From Phoronis australis (lineage: Eukaryota > Animalia > Phoronida), in the NCBI GenBank assembly GCA_002633005.1, contig NMRA01000477.1:107249-171248 (forward strand): a DNA stretch of 64,000 nucleotides, given 5' to 3'. The notes beneath the pieces are model-generated. The model was not told the origin of the DNA, did not search any database, and worked only from the letters and a program-made list of their open reading frames with translations. Positions 26,759-38,700 of the stretch are shown here, piece after piece. Both the position numbers and the translations under genes were made by a program. Position 1 is the first letter of the stretch, and each line of letters begins with the position of its first letter.

Positions 26759-27212
26759 CAACAGGTCCATATATTGCACAGTAAGAGACAGTTTTGTCTT
26801 CGGCTGCAGGCTGATTTATTAAGTGTTGCGGAAACTGTGCCGTCTGAGGCTGCCACAAAGGTTAAAGTTGCTGGACCCAAGTTTACCGACTAAGAATTGC
26901 TAAAATCGCCATTGCTTTATACACTGAAACGAATCGTGGTCTTTGATCCGGGTACAAAAAAAACCTAAACCCGCGTGTCATTGAAATGTCTAATTAGAAT
27001 AGCGAAAATTTAAGGCTGTTCTCGCAAATTCGGTTCAAAAACTTTAAAATGACCAAGATTGTTTGTGAGGTTTTAAAATTGAGTATCGCCGTCAATAATC
27101 ATCCGTACACGACGACATCATACGGAAGTCGAGGTCGAGAGTGACAGAGTCACAGTTACATCACAGAACGCGCACAGACTGCGTGACGTCTACAGTATAG
27201 GTGATAAGTAGC

Positions 27213-28967
27213 ATGTCTTCACGGCAAACCATCTTCAGATTTTTGTGTCTATTTGTCATTGTGTCGAATAAAGCGACCGCTCGGAAAACTATGATAGAAG
27301 TAGCCAAGTATAAGAATGCCAAACAATCTGGAGAGCTATACAACGCCTCCCCTTCCAAGGCAGTAGACGACAACAAAAGAACCCTTTTCCTTCAAGATGG
27401 CTGCACGCACAGTGAGCCTTCGCATTACCCTTTTTGGGCGGTTGACCTCGGCAGCACCGGACCATATGACATAGTCGGTGCTATGGTCACTAACCGAGCT
27501 GATGGATTTGGCTATAGGTTACACGATTACACGGCGTCAGTCAGTATGCTCTCCCAAGATCTATACGGTCAGGTGTGTTACTTCCGGGAGGGCACCGTGG
27601 ACGAAGGAGCTGCCGAATTTTTTTCTTGCTATAAAGTCCTCCGAGGACGCCAGTTCATTATACGAATACAGAGTAACCAAGAGGACGAGATATTGTCATT
27701 GTGCGATGTCGAAGTGTATTCGGAGATTAATAACGTAGCTGTTGGTCGAAAGGCGTGGCAATCTTCGACTTATTGGAACGGTAATGCTATGTACGCCGTT
27801 GATGGTGTTACTAGAAACATCTTCGATAGAACTAACTTTTGCACGCACACAGAATACCAGACAAAAACTAAACCCTGGTGGAAAGTCGATTTGGGAGACA
27901 TGCATGAAATATACGGAGTGGTTATCATTAATCGAAAAGAGCTGGGGAAGAGGTTGCATAATTTCCACATCACCGTCTCCAATACCACAGAACCTGATGC
28001 TGTTGGCGGAGTATTGTGCAAACGACGACAAGGTGTTGTAGGTGACGGTCAAACGGAATATCTTAAATGCAAACAAGTTATACATGGTCGGATTGTTGCC
28101 GTACACAAACATTCGTACGGAGTCCTTACCCTTTGTGAGCTGATGGTTCACGGGAAGCCGATAGTTGGTAAAGACTGTGCCATCGATCAAGATTCACTTT
28201 CTCTTTTCTGGACGGCACAAAGTGTTGATGGTTCAAATGTTAAAGTATTCCCTGAAGGAGTTTCCAGAGTACCTGTTGGTTCAACAATTAAAATAAGATG
28301 CTTCAAAGGGTTTGCGTGGAGGTCATCTGGCGGTGCTTACACCAAAACGAAAGTCTGTCGAGAGCCCGGTGAGTTCCTCAATGAACCGCGGTGTGAGGGT
28401 TGTCTTATGTCACTTCTCGGAACAGAGTACAAGGGAATGCAATCTTTCAACAATGTTTCCGTCTGCCAGGAATGGAGAATGCAAAGCCCACACGAACACC
28501 CTTACTCTTTGGCACTGGGAGGAGAAGATAACTTTTGTAGAAATCCAGACATGTCTACCTCAGGTCCTTGGTGCTACACGATGGTCTCCGTACCTGTCAA
28601 GGCACCTTGCCCAGAAATCCCGATATGCAGAGGAATCGTTCTACCAAACTTCAATTGTAAAAAGGACAAAAAGGGCACGGGTTACGTTGGTCTGGTGGAC
28701 CGTGCCAGGGATCAATCCCTTTGTCATAAGTGGAACGATCTCGATCACGATCGGACTTATCCGGATTCTTTCGAGTCATACTGTCGCAATCCCTCTGGAT
28801 CCGAAGAAGGTCCGTATTGCTATGACGACGCAAGACAGAAGAAAATCTGTAACGTTATTCAATGTGAGGACTTAGAATCAGCTTATTACCCCTTGATGAA
28901 GGATTTAAAAGATTATGATGTAATTGTTCATGGACTTTTTAATGTTACAAGATATGATTTCAACTAA
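27213..28967 (+). CDS. Single-exon secreted protein: signal peptide + 2 F-type lectin (fucolectin) domains + sushi/CCP + 2 kringle domains (584 aa)
   Basis: Uninterrupted ORF from ATG 27213 with hydrophobic N-terminus. FTL motifs AVDD..CTH..W.VDLG..NRADGFGYR..LSLCDVEV and AVDG..CTHT..WWKVDLG..NR..LTLCELMV. CCP Cys pattern 28176-28394. Kringle signatures NFCRNPD..GPWCYT (28401-28628) and YCRNP..GPYCY (28656-28865). Confidence 0.93.
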   Translation: MSSRQTIFRFLCLFVIVSNKATARKTMIEVAKYKNAKQSGELYNASPSKAVDDNKRTLFLQDGCTHSEPSHYPFWAVDLGSTGPYDIVGAMVTNRADGFGYRLHDYTASVSMLSQDLYGQVCYFREGTVDEGAAEFFSCYKVLRGRQFIIRIQSNQEDEILSLCDVEVYSEINNVAVGRKAWQSSTYWNGNAMYAVDGVTRNIFDRTNFCTHTEYQTKTKPWWKVDLGDMHEIYGVVIINRKELGKRLHNFHITVSNTTEPDAVGGVLCKRRQGVVGDGQTEYLKCKQVIHGRIVAVHKHSYGVLTLCELMVHGKPIVGKDCAIDQDSLSLFWTAQSVDGSNVKVFPEGVSRVPVGSTIKIRCFKGFAWRSSGGAYTKTKVCREPGEFLNEPRCEGCLMSLLGTEYKGMQSFNNVSVCQEWRMQSPHEHPYSLALGGEDNFCRNPDMSTSGPWCYTMVSVPVKAPCPEIPICRGIVLPNFNCKKDKKGTGYVGLVDRARDQSLCHKWNDLDHDRTYPDSFESYCRNPSGSEEGPYCYDDARQKKICNVIQCEDLESAYYPLMKDLKDYDVIVHGLFNVTRYDFN

Positions 28968-29194
28968 ACAACGGTAAACTATCCAGTCATTTACATGGGT
29001 GCATGCGATGGACGCCACGAGACAACATAATGTGAAATCCGAGCAATGTTGTTAATGAGATTTTCAATTTTTACCACCTATGTGCAAGACAATTACGGTT
29101 AACGGTTACTTCGTTTACAAGATTTGAAAGTTAGTGAGTTTCGTCGTCACCGGCCAATCACTTCAGTGGCCGCCATTCTGCTGGCAAGCTCCGA

Positions 29195-29300
29195 GGGCTT
29201 GCAAGATCTTGCTTTCCTCGCAAAAACTTGGTACACTGAAAGTTACAACTAGTTGTCCAGCAACTTCACTGTCTCTCAAGTCATTCAGTTTCTGGGGGCC
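29195..29300 (+). pseudogene. Possible LINE APE-endonuclease relic
   Basis: Short frame DLAFLAKTWYTES resembles the APE motif D...L.ETW; single motif only. Confidence 0.3.
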
Positions 29301-30481
29301 CCAAACTGCCTGGGGTCCATCATTACAATCCTCCCCTACCAACCATGACACCCCCCATCGCTACAACTTTCGAGATGTCCTTGTGGAGTTGACAGTCGGA
29401 ACCTCAATTTTCCGACACTCCCTCGAATTTTCCAACGGCTGCGATCGATGATTGAGTCCTAGGTCCAGTGCATGTGACGACGAGGCAGGACCTATATTAT
29501 GTCCAAGTACATAAGCTGAATCACAACATTTCAATACTCTCTGTGAGGAAGAGATGAGGCTCCAGTGCGTGGAGCCTCAAGATATTATTCAGCTCTGTTG
29601 GGTAATCTAGTACAACTAACCAAAACAATAGCGTTACAAATATACCAGGGACCGGGGTCTAATCTTTGTACTCGAAATATAACTTTGAATTATTTTTAAC
29701 AGTTTACAGTTCACGTTAGTACGAACTCAAGATAAATGCGTATTATTTTGTACTGAAGTATGTTTTGGTTTACGTAGGATCACAGTGTAATCCTATTTTT
29801 TAATTGATCAGATGACTCCATCATTCAAGCTATGAATGAACAGGAAATCCTGAGTTTTCACTCGAGTTTGCAGTCCAAATCTAGGGGTCATCATATGCGA
29901 ATTTGGACTATACGCTTACTTGCTCCATCCATAATGTACTCGAGCACAGGATGACAGATAAACATCTTGAGCTCTAATTAATGCGAAATAATGCTGAGCG
30001 CAGCCTCCAATCCAATGATCAGATCTGGTCTCATTTTGATAAGCTAGTTAGTAATAGATACGAAAAACTCACTTTTTATTATGTGGTTGCCACAACTAGC
30101 CGTAATGTTTTGTTACTCTAAAACCTTAGTGGTTTCTTTTTTTAATGTAGTAAACAATTTCTGCACTATGCTGAGGTTTTTGTTTGTTTATGTTATTGTT
30201 AATATAGTTGTCCTTTAATTCCATTTGATTTCCTTTTGTTTTCTTTATTTTTTTGTTAACCCTCATTATATTTTTTATTTAAATACTTTGTTTTTTTCGA
30301 GGTGATATATATTTATTGAATGAAGAATACATCGAACATACAAGGAAAATAATGACAAACCAGAAATCGCCAATCTTTATATCTGGGTTGTACGCAGTAC
30401 GCATAGATGAATGTAGTATACATAGAACTATATACATGTAAGTAGTATATAAGATAAGTATTCAAATATTTAGATATGCTA

Positions 30482-31740
30482 TTACGAACATATTAAAAAC
30501 AAAAAACATGTACAGATATGGAAATCATAAGCAACAAGGTTTAGAATCGATGCATAAAAATTTAATAACATTGCTTCAGAGGAATTCATTGTGTCGAAGA
30601 TCAGACTTCCATTCAATAATAATGTAACTTTAGTAGAGATATTACTACAGAAATTGAAACCATTTACAATTATTTGGTTTTCGTTAAGTGCACGAAAGAG
30701 TGAGTTTCTCGGGTATTCGACGAGGGCACAGTTTAAGAAAACATGAGGATAAGATTGATGGTCACCACATTTACAGTTTGTAGAGACGTTACTAAAGTTG
30801 TGCCTAAACTTGTCGGAGTTGAGGAAAAGACCGCATCTCAATCGGTACAATGCTATTTCATTTTCGCGGGGAAGCGAGAATTGTGTCAGGGCTACTGAGT
30901 TGACAAAATTATGAAAAACAGTTCTAAAATTGTTTTATATACTTGTAAAAGAGCGGTTGCTTTCCTTAACGGAGACTGGGAGAGAATATTGCAGTTGTTG
31001 ATGCGCATGCCTGACTGAACAACGGAGGAATTGCGTACGGTTCGGAAGATCTCAAATCAGTACGATGACCTTGTCTAGATTAGGTCAACTAATTTTTGAC
31101 AGAGGCATTGTGGACATTGTTTAGTACTTTGAACGTAAAGGCGATCATGTGAAGATTACGTCGAGTAGACTGTTTGGGCCACTTGAGACTATTCAAAACC
31201 TTAATACTATTGGATCCTCTGTAAGGCAGCTTGATACTGTAATTTCTCCAAATGCTACAGTGCACCATTGTTGGTAGACTGATATATAATATCACAATAA
31301 TCGATGTGTGGAAGTATAAGTGTGTAGAATTCAGATGATGAGAGACAAGCTTATTAATTGAATTAATTAGTTTCTGAATTTTTTGTACGAGCACCCGAAC
31401 GTGAGGTGTGAACGAACGTTTTTCATCTTTTTATACCAAGATGTCTGCGCGACTGCTTTCTAGGAATGATTTCATCAATACGTTTAAGGTCATAGAATGG
31501 GTCCACAAAGAAGAGAGAATTATTAGATTTTGACAAGGTGAGGTCAACGCTTTTTTCTGGTTTAAAATTTATTCTCCATTCTTGTGACCAATCAGCTGAG
31601 TTTATTCCAGTCGTGTTGTAGCTGCAAAAAACTCTCAGGGTTGCCTCCCGCAAAGAGGCAAAAAAGCGCCGTGTCATTTGAATAAAGGTTATCAAGAAGG
31701 TCATTAATATAAACCAAGAAAAGAAGAGGGCCTAATAATG
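30482..31740 (-). pseudogene. 5'-truncated, decayed non-LTR retrotransposon (CR1/L2 group) ORF2 3' end
   Basis: Minus-strand fragments LLGPLLFLVYINDL, W...W.INF.P.KS, RHLG, L.W.....RR..H, and C-terminal RLR.G..LN..C.CG..H..L.C; frameshifts and stops. Confidence 0.85.
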
Positions 31741-31899
31741 TATTAATATGTTTGTTTTAGCTTAGATATAACGACGCGTTTCTTGGGCTAATTCTCTGTA
31801 CTATACTTGTATTGTTTTAATATACACTTGTGTTGCAATAAAAGAGGAATGGAAAATTGCAAAAAATGTTTTCGAGTTCATTCCCAAATGAACAGAGTT

Positions 31900-32110
31900 A
31901 ATCTATTTACTCGAATTTTGTCATCGCACAGGCAGCACGGCAACCACATGTGGAAAGTCAGTTTTGTTTTCCACAGTCAACCATGGAATTAACGACAGAC
32001 GTCATCAGCCGAAAAGAGGGTTGGGAGGCGGTTGCCTAATTTCGTATCAAAACATTCGGCAATAGGCTACCACAGAGCCTCAGGGCGAAGCCTCAGCGAT
32101 CACCTGCAAG
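31900..32110 (-). pseudogene. Second, more decayed RT fragment
   Basis: Minus strand reads P*GSVV (cf. PQGSVL) followed by LF(S)ADDV (cf. FADD). Confidence 0.55.
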
Positions 32111-32272
32111 TAAACAGAATCTCCAAGAACAGTATTTATTTTTCATTTCAACAAATTATTCCCACACACATTATTTGGTACGGCGTTTTTAATACTGCTG
32201 CTTACACAATGGGCTTGTTGCCGACTTGTGTCCAGGGATAATTAGACGTTGGTATTTTATTTTAACTTTAAG

Positions 32273-32700
32273 TAGGACCCTAGAAAAATGTTCACATTTG
32301 ATTAACTTTGGAGCATCATATCTCATGCTTTATTCGCCGTTCTGTAACACGGTGTTAGGAATTGTTTTCAAAATGTTCCACTTTTGCTTGGGGGGCTACC
32401 AAAGGGACTTTAATGGTCTTGATGAAAAACTAGTAATATAGCGCTTTTGAGATTTCGTCTTTTATCAAGCGAAATTTATTGATGCCGTTGATCTGGTATC
32501 AAGTTGCGGCCTTTCATGGGCACGTGACCAAATGCATAATACGAAAATCAAATGATATTTTAGACAAATGTAACAGTGTTTTTGAGATCACATCTTGAAT
32601 TTTTATAAGTAGTAACATTTGGTTAATGTTAATGATACCGTTGTTTTGTTATTGTCAAAGTTTATTAAAGATATGGTCACGTGACTCAATTAATGGCAGA
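32273..32700 (+). repeat. Dispersed repeat family copy, upstream of the PKHD1L1-like promoter
   Basis: TAGGACCCTAGAAAAATG...TTTTGAGAT..CATCTTGAA...ATGGTCACGTGACTCAATT shared with 33405-33900. Confidence 0.7.
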
Positions 32701-33020
32701 TTGACGCCAAATATTTGTCTGTCATTCCAAATTTTCGGTGAGGCTATAGAACTTAGGAAAATGCCCCCGCATGTTCTTCTCAAGATCGCGGGGTAAGTAA
32801 TATTTACTTGTTGTTGCTATAGCAGTCCATCACAGCAATCAGTAACTGTAATCGGATTTACGAAACCTTTTATGTGCTTTTCCAAGACCTATGTTGTAAC
32901 TTACACAAGAAAAGGTGTTTCTGTAATCATCCCACATCGCGATACAAGATGCTTTTATTCAGAAACGATAAGGATCGAGCGCGAGCTATTTATATACGTC
33001 GCCGATCTTCTGCTGAGTTG

Positions 33021-33195
33021 TGACGTCACCGACTCTGCGACCAAGCTTTTCATAATGGGTTGTTGAATAACAGGAAAGTCATTGTGTTGTAATGCTGGTC
33101 GAACTACATGTAGTGTTAGTGTCGAAACAAATCACACGGCATTTTGAGGACCCTAGCACTGCACTGACAAGTGAAAGACAGACAGTTGTATAAAA
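33021..33195 (+). promoter_or_regulatory. Putative PKHD1L1-like core promoter: CRE palindrome and TATA box
   Basis: TGACGTCA at 33021-33028; TATAAAA at 33189-33195, about 65 nt upstream of the ATG. Confidence 0.55.
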
Positions 33196-33257
33196 ACCCT
33201 TGGTTTTCGGTGCAAAGAGCCCCGGCTCTGAATAGATCTTCGTGTTCTCGTAGGAAA

Positions 33258-33333
33258 ATGGGATATTTCATCAAGTTATTTGCAGTTTACGTTTGTCTTA
33301 CCTTTACAGCTTGTTGGTATACAGTTCTTTCGG
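33258..33333 (+). CDS. PKHD1L1: PKHD1L1-like exon 1 (signal peptide MGYFIKLFAVYVCLTFTACWYTVLS)
   Basis: AAAATGG start, hydrophobic peptide, G|GTAAGT donor phase 1 matching exon 2, TATA box upstream. Confidence 0.8.
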
Positions 33334-33404
33334 GTAAGTCAAGTAATATTTATCAGTGATATACAATACATGGACTCGACAAACCGTTACTGTTAAATAG
33401 CTGC

Positions 33405-33900
33405 TAGGACCCTAGAAAAAATGTCCAAATGCGACTAATTACGGAACATCATATCTTGGAAATGGCTAATCAAATTCATATGAAACTTCCAGCTACTATG
33501 CTCTATACTTGTTATCAAAAAGCCTGTATGGAATTGTTTTTTAACAGTCCAAAAATAGGATTTATACGATTTTCATGAAAAATTTAAACGTTGAATAGAA
33601 CGAAATACGAAGTGATCATGTAGAAAACTGTATTAGCTTTTTGAGATTTCATCTTGAACATCTATATAAAAAAATTGAGCACTTTATTGACTCCTTTGTT
33701 TTGCCTCGAACGTGCCATTCTTTTTACAAAATATTTCTAAAAAGACATGGTCACGTGACTCAATTTTAGTTTTAATTGATTAGAATGTCCGATTGGTATA
33801 AAAGTACAATTCAAAAGCGTTCTACTTTTACGCTTCAACTGACTTATGTCATGGTTTTGTAGACATATCTCTGACTGCACAGACTTGTCGTTAAGGTCCC
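33405..33900 (+). repeat. Dispersed repeat family copy (intron 1)
   Basis: Same start and internal blocks as the 32273 copy; right boundary approximate. Confidence 0.7.
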
Positions 33901-35913
33901 GTATAATCTTTATAAATTTTATTTCTCATGCAAAAGTGAAATTTTTGGTAAGACGTATTCTAAAAAGCAATTTTTTCTTGAAGGCAAAAGAAACTGATTT
34001 AAAAGTTTGAAATTCTCAGAAAAAGCAACACGTTTGGCTTACACAGTAGGCTTTGCCTTCTTAAGCGCAAAACAGTTTCAAACTACCTTGTGATCTGTTC
34101 TGGTCATCAAGCGAACAAAAAGAATTCCTATATTTCACGGTGACCATTGTATTTCTTGTTGAACATCTATATCAAACGAATCTTGTTCTTGACACGAAGA
34201 GTAACTCCTAAAAATTACATGTGCTAAAATCAGGCCTATGTTCTAACGATGCATAATTCTTCAACACATTTCACTTCTCAGGTGGCAAGTTCCTATGTTT
34301 TATCGCGAACAAATTTGTCGATCGACAAACGCGGATCGACGTCGTCTTCGGTGTATACCGATTTTGTTGTCTGCGGACTTAGTTCATGGTGTTTTTGCAC
34401 GGGTATCTTAACTTAATGGCCAAAATGGGGGTTTGTTGAAAAAAACGTGGATGTATTAAAACTTTGATAGGCCCTGATCAGTAAATCTATTTTTATTATT
34501 ACGTATGTTTATTTTGATCTGAAATGGAACAGTAACCAGAAAGGCAATATTTGTATATGAGCCATGTCTAATTGTCATTAAACTATTGGTTTTAAGATGT
34601 ATTGTCATACTAATTTGGCGGTCTGTATGACAGCATGCTTAAATTTCTAACCCCAATGTCAACCAACGTCCAAACATATATACATTATGATTTCGAAATA
34701 TGTTTAAAAGTTTACAATATTTATATACATGTTGGTAAGACAACAAAATACTTTTAGACACTTTGAAAGGCAAAAGTGACATAAATATCATGAATCGATT
34801 CGCTAAACTGAAGCTTATGACATTTCCTAGTTCTTTACGACAGCTTTTTAAGTGTACAGAAAAACTTTAAGGATAGAATTGTGGTTTCTTTTAAGACCCC
34901 ATGATGTTTTGGACCCGTCAACATCACCGAGTCTGCTGGGCTATTAGTGGTTACCTCGTTTTATTACCTTTGTTTACAAATTGTTACCAATGGTAAATAG
35001 GCAAACACCTATTAAAGCTAGCAAACTTTACTGCCTTAATAACCTCCGCAGTAAATTATGCTGTAAAGTAACATACAATTAATACGCCTTTAAATTATTT
35101 TATAACGAGAGTGCAATGTATGCTCGTTACTCAGACGGCGCAGAGCACAGCGAAAATAGGTTGTGGCTTATGAATAGTGAAACAGTTTCAAAAATAAAAG
35201 TTCATCCTCATCTACAAGAAGACGCCCATCCCACCAAACAATTACCCCCAAAGTGTTCTTTTCGGCCATAAAACGAACTGCGTTACATTTTTCAGCTACC
35301 TCCCAAAGTATATACAAATGCCACTTACAGCTTTTGTTTGTTGGGGGTGCTCTTCGTGTTTCGTTTCCGTTAAAGCATTCATCAGATGAATTTTTAAATT
35401 GACGTCATTAAAAATAACACTTGTAACATCAAATGCATTGTCCATTGCTTGAATACTTTACAGAAGGATGATTTTTAGCTTGATTCTTATTGTCTCCTAT
35501 TTCATCAACACTTCTGAACACAACTGAACAATTGATTTGTAAATTTCATCAAAAAATTGAATTTCCAATTTGAAAAGGGGTAATTTTATTATTTCTATAT
35601 AAATTCTTCACCAATACATAGTCTTAAAAACCATATTCTGCTAAAGAGCAATAAGACAGCTAAATACGACTTAGTTTGAGTCGCTGATTCGTTACTTGCA
35701 TAAATACATTTATTTTTCAATGTGGGTGTGCAGATGCACATGTAGGTATAACTGTTCTTTATGCCTTTACGTTTTCTAACATCCAAGCCCAATAAGTGAC
35801 CGTTTTGTACTTAATAAGAAGTACAAAGTTTTCAAAACACAATTCACGCGATCCGAGCTAGGCTTATAATACTGTGCGACTTGAGAATACAAATTTGTGA
35901 TGACCCTGCCTCC

Positions 35914-36054
35914 CGTTCAGTAACGCTAGGACCTCGCTAAAAAGCAAGACTTCAAGAGATTACGTGAGATATTGCCGTGTATCTTAAATGAGAACACGTG
36001 ACTTTGACTAGGTTTTAGCTAGGTCCTAGCGTAGGTCCTAGCGTCTACTGAACG
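35914..36054. mobile_element. Small palindromic MITE (intron 1)
   Basis: CGTTCAGTAACGCTAGGACCT...AGGTCCTAGCGTCTACTGAACG inverted arms. Confidence 0.65.
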
Positions 36055-36322
36055 CACGCCTGCTCTCGCTCACGTAAACCACGCCCCCTCGTGATCTAGC
36101 CATGCTCTCGCCAACCGCGAATATAGTTTACCAGCTCTAACAAACCCAGAGTGCTTGAACTTTGAATATCCATATCCAGCTCCTGGTTGGGGTAACCCCC
36201 GGAGTCTTACCCACATGGAAACATCTCAACTGTAACCAATCTGAGAAAAATTAGAGGTCCGATTTGAACAGGTTTTGAGTTTAAGATATGTACGGTTTTA
36301 AAATTCCTTGCTTCATTTTCAG

Positions 36323-36530
36323 CCTCTGTTTCGTCCATCACCCCTCGCCAGGGGAGTCTCGAAGGGGCGACTCGTATCACCATTTACGGTTCAGGGTTTG
36401 CCGAAAGCCAATTTAACTTCTTTAACAGCCTGTTGGGTAATAACGTCACCTTAGTGTCCAACACACGCTCTTACCCGTGTGACGTGCACAAGGACGGAAG
36501 TACGCAGACACAGATAATGTGTTACACAAG
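36323..36530 (+). CDS. PKHD1L1: PKHD1L1-like exon 2 (IPT 1)
   Basis: SVSSITPRQGSLEGATRITIYGSGF...CDVHKDGSTQTQIMCYTR; ttttcag / AG|GTAAGG. Confidence 0.93.
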
Positions 36531-37997
36531 GTAAGGAGTGAGGGTATATGCAGCGACGGGCGACTCAGGCATTACCAGAAGAAAAATCGTTTTTTTTTTT
36601 CACGAGCTGTATTTTCTTTCTCATGCAGTGCAAGGTCGTTTTTACGAACACGTCTTTCCCCACGAACTTCAGTTGTAGTAGCGTTAATCCAAAGATGAAG
36701 GGTGTTGTAAATATTTGACCATCTTCGAGTTGGTTGTCACTAACTTAGTTGTGCCTACGCCTACTTGTAGTAGAATACCAAAGTGCTTAGTGAGAAAAGA
36801 ACAATGCTTGTTAAAACAACTATTCGTGAGAAAAATTAAAAAGCTCTGAGAACTGCTCGGTTTGAGAGGAATAGAACAATGTCTACATAGTTGTCAGGCC
36901 AATACTCTGATACTGGGCCGGTTCATTGAGACGAAAACTAATTCACCGTTGAGACTTTAGAAGTTTTGATAACAACAAATTAAAAAGATCAATTCGAAAT
37001 GCTGTTTCGAGTGCTTTCATGTTATCTCTCTATCAATAAGTTAAGTTACCATTGTAAATGTATGCGAACAAGGCCGTGGTATGCCGCTGTCCATTGTTTC
37101 CTTTGCAATGCAATATTGTCGAATCGGATACTACTTGGTGGTGCGTGGCTTATATAGGTAAGTCAGAAGCGATAACCATCAGTTGTTAGGATTTCGGGAG
37201 TTTCGTTAGATCGCAGACCGTTAGATATTGCATGGATGTATGTGATAAGCGACATTTTCCGATTATCGCACCAACGGGCTTCAATAGAAGTTGATACACT
37301 TGCTAGGGAACAGCGCCGCCACTGTTCTGTACCTTTTGCTACACTGAATAAAAGATCATTGTTTCTTTCAAATTAGAACATTGCCGTTTGTAGAAGTTGT
37401 AGATATTGTATCCAAAGAAAACAAAATTAAGTGCATGAGTACTTGTATATAGGGCGCCGTGCGGTACAAACTTAATGTTACTACATTGAACTGCGCAAAC
37501 TGGACTAAAGAACTGACCAAAGTTATTGACTCTCCGTTTCGTCCAACAGCAATTTTCATACATTTGTAGATTGCGAATCCTTCGTCTTAAAGGTCGACTA
37601 AAACAGTCGCTTCAAGTCCTCATAGCTATGCAGATGGAAATTAAAAAATTACAAAATTAAAACTCGTTATTAACCTTCAATATTATGAAATAAAATGTGG
37701 GCTTGCCTTTGTTCATTTATTCATGTTCTGTTCAGATCAGCAGTCTGGTTGTAGAAAAGTACATATGTGTCACAAAGAATACTTTGTCATGGGTGTAGAA
37801 GGCAGTACCCACAATTCGTTAGAGCAAACCAGGTCTGCGACAACTATATAGCAGATGCGTTCTTAGTAACAATGCTGGAAATTAATTACGACGGTGCGTG
37901 CATTTGTGCTACACGAATGTTTTAATTTGAATTTTGAATTTCATGGTAAAAAGACATGTCGTTACGCGTATGCCCTAATCAAGTTTGTCTTTTCCAG

Positions 37998-38106
37998 GCC
38001 CATGCCAAGCGACTTTTATTACGTAAGAGTTGCTGTCGACGGCATAGAAATTCCCGACAATAACTATTGCGGCGGAAAGCCCTTCAGCACCTTGTGTCGA
38101 TTTGAG
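37998..38106 (+). CDS. PKHD1L1: PKHD1L1-like exon 3
   Basis: PMPSDFYYVRVAVDGIEIPDNNYCGG...CRFE; ttccag / GAG|GTATAT. Confidence 0.92.
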
Positions 38107-38383
38107 GTATATACATATATTGTCGATAGCTGTGCAATGGAAGACAAAAAAATAGAGAAAAGCCTCATTTTTGGTGAATTTCAATTTATGCATGATCATC
38201 AGACGTGAATATTCCGAGTCTTTGGCGGCACACCATGCCATGGACCTATATATCTCTTCCTGATATTATTAATTATAGGAGCCCATGCATCGCGCCTTAA
38301 ATCGTGACATTTTCTACCCGAAATGCGTTCTAATAAAATTTCCTGACACCTCTGAATTTAATTCGACGCGTGTTTTAACACAC

Positions 38384-38700
38384 TTAAGGTGGCAGTACAC
38401 CTGTGCTTTATGTCAAAAAACAATTTTTGGTTTAGTTCACTTAACGTTACGAAGTCGGTCTTATCTTGTTCCATACTCTGTTTAGAAATGATCTCTGGGA
38501 AGAACAGACAATTCGTTATTAATAAGACCAAGTTCATAATTTTATGAGCTTGGTCTAAAAAATAAGGGCCTGTACGTTCCTTTCAAGTCCAGAAATCACA
38601 CCTATTTTGACTAAGCAACAATTTAAGACCACTTTCATAAATGGCCCGAATCCAAATCTATTTTTTCACTGAAAGTACACTAGGTTTAATGCCATTTATG
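38384..38700 (+). mobile_element. TTAA-flanked DNA transposon end (Kolobok-like); related inverted copy at ~57600-57912
   Basis: TTAA|GG terminus then GTCAAAAA..AATTTTTG.TTTAG and AAGACCAAG..GGTCT blocks shared with the reverse complement of 57660-57912. Confidence 0.5.

Noticed and set aside
27478-28875. Overlapping alternative-frame and antisense ORFs (up to 187 aa) inside the lectin-kringle gene
   Set aside because: Shadow ORFs of a real CDS; no motifs
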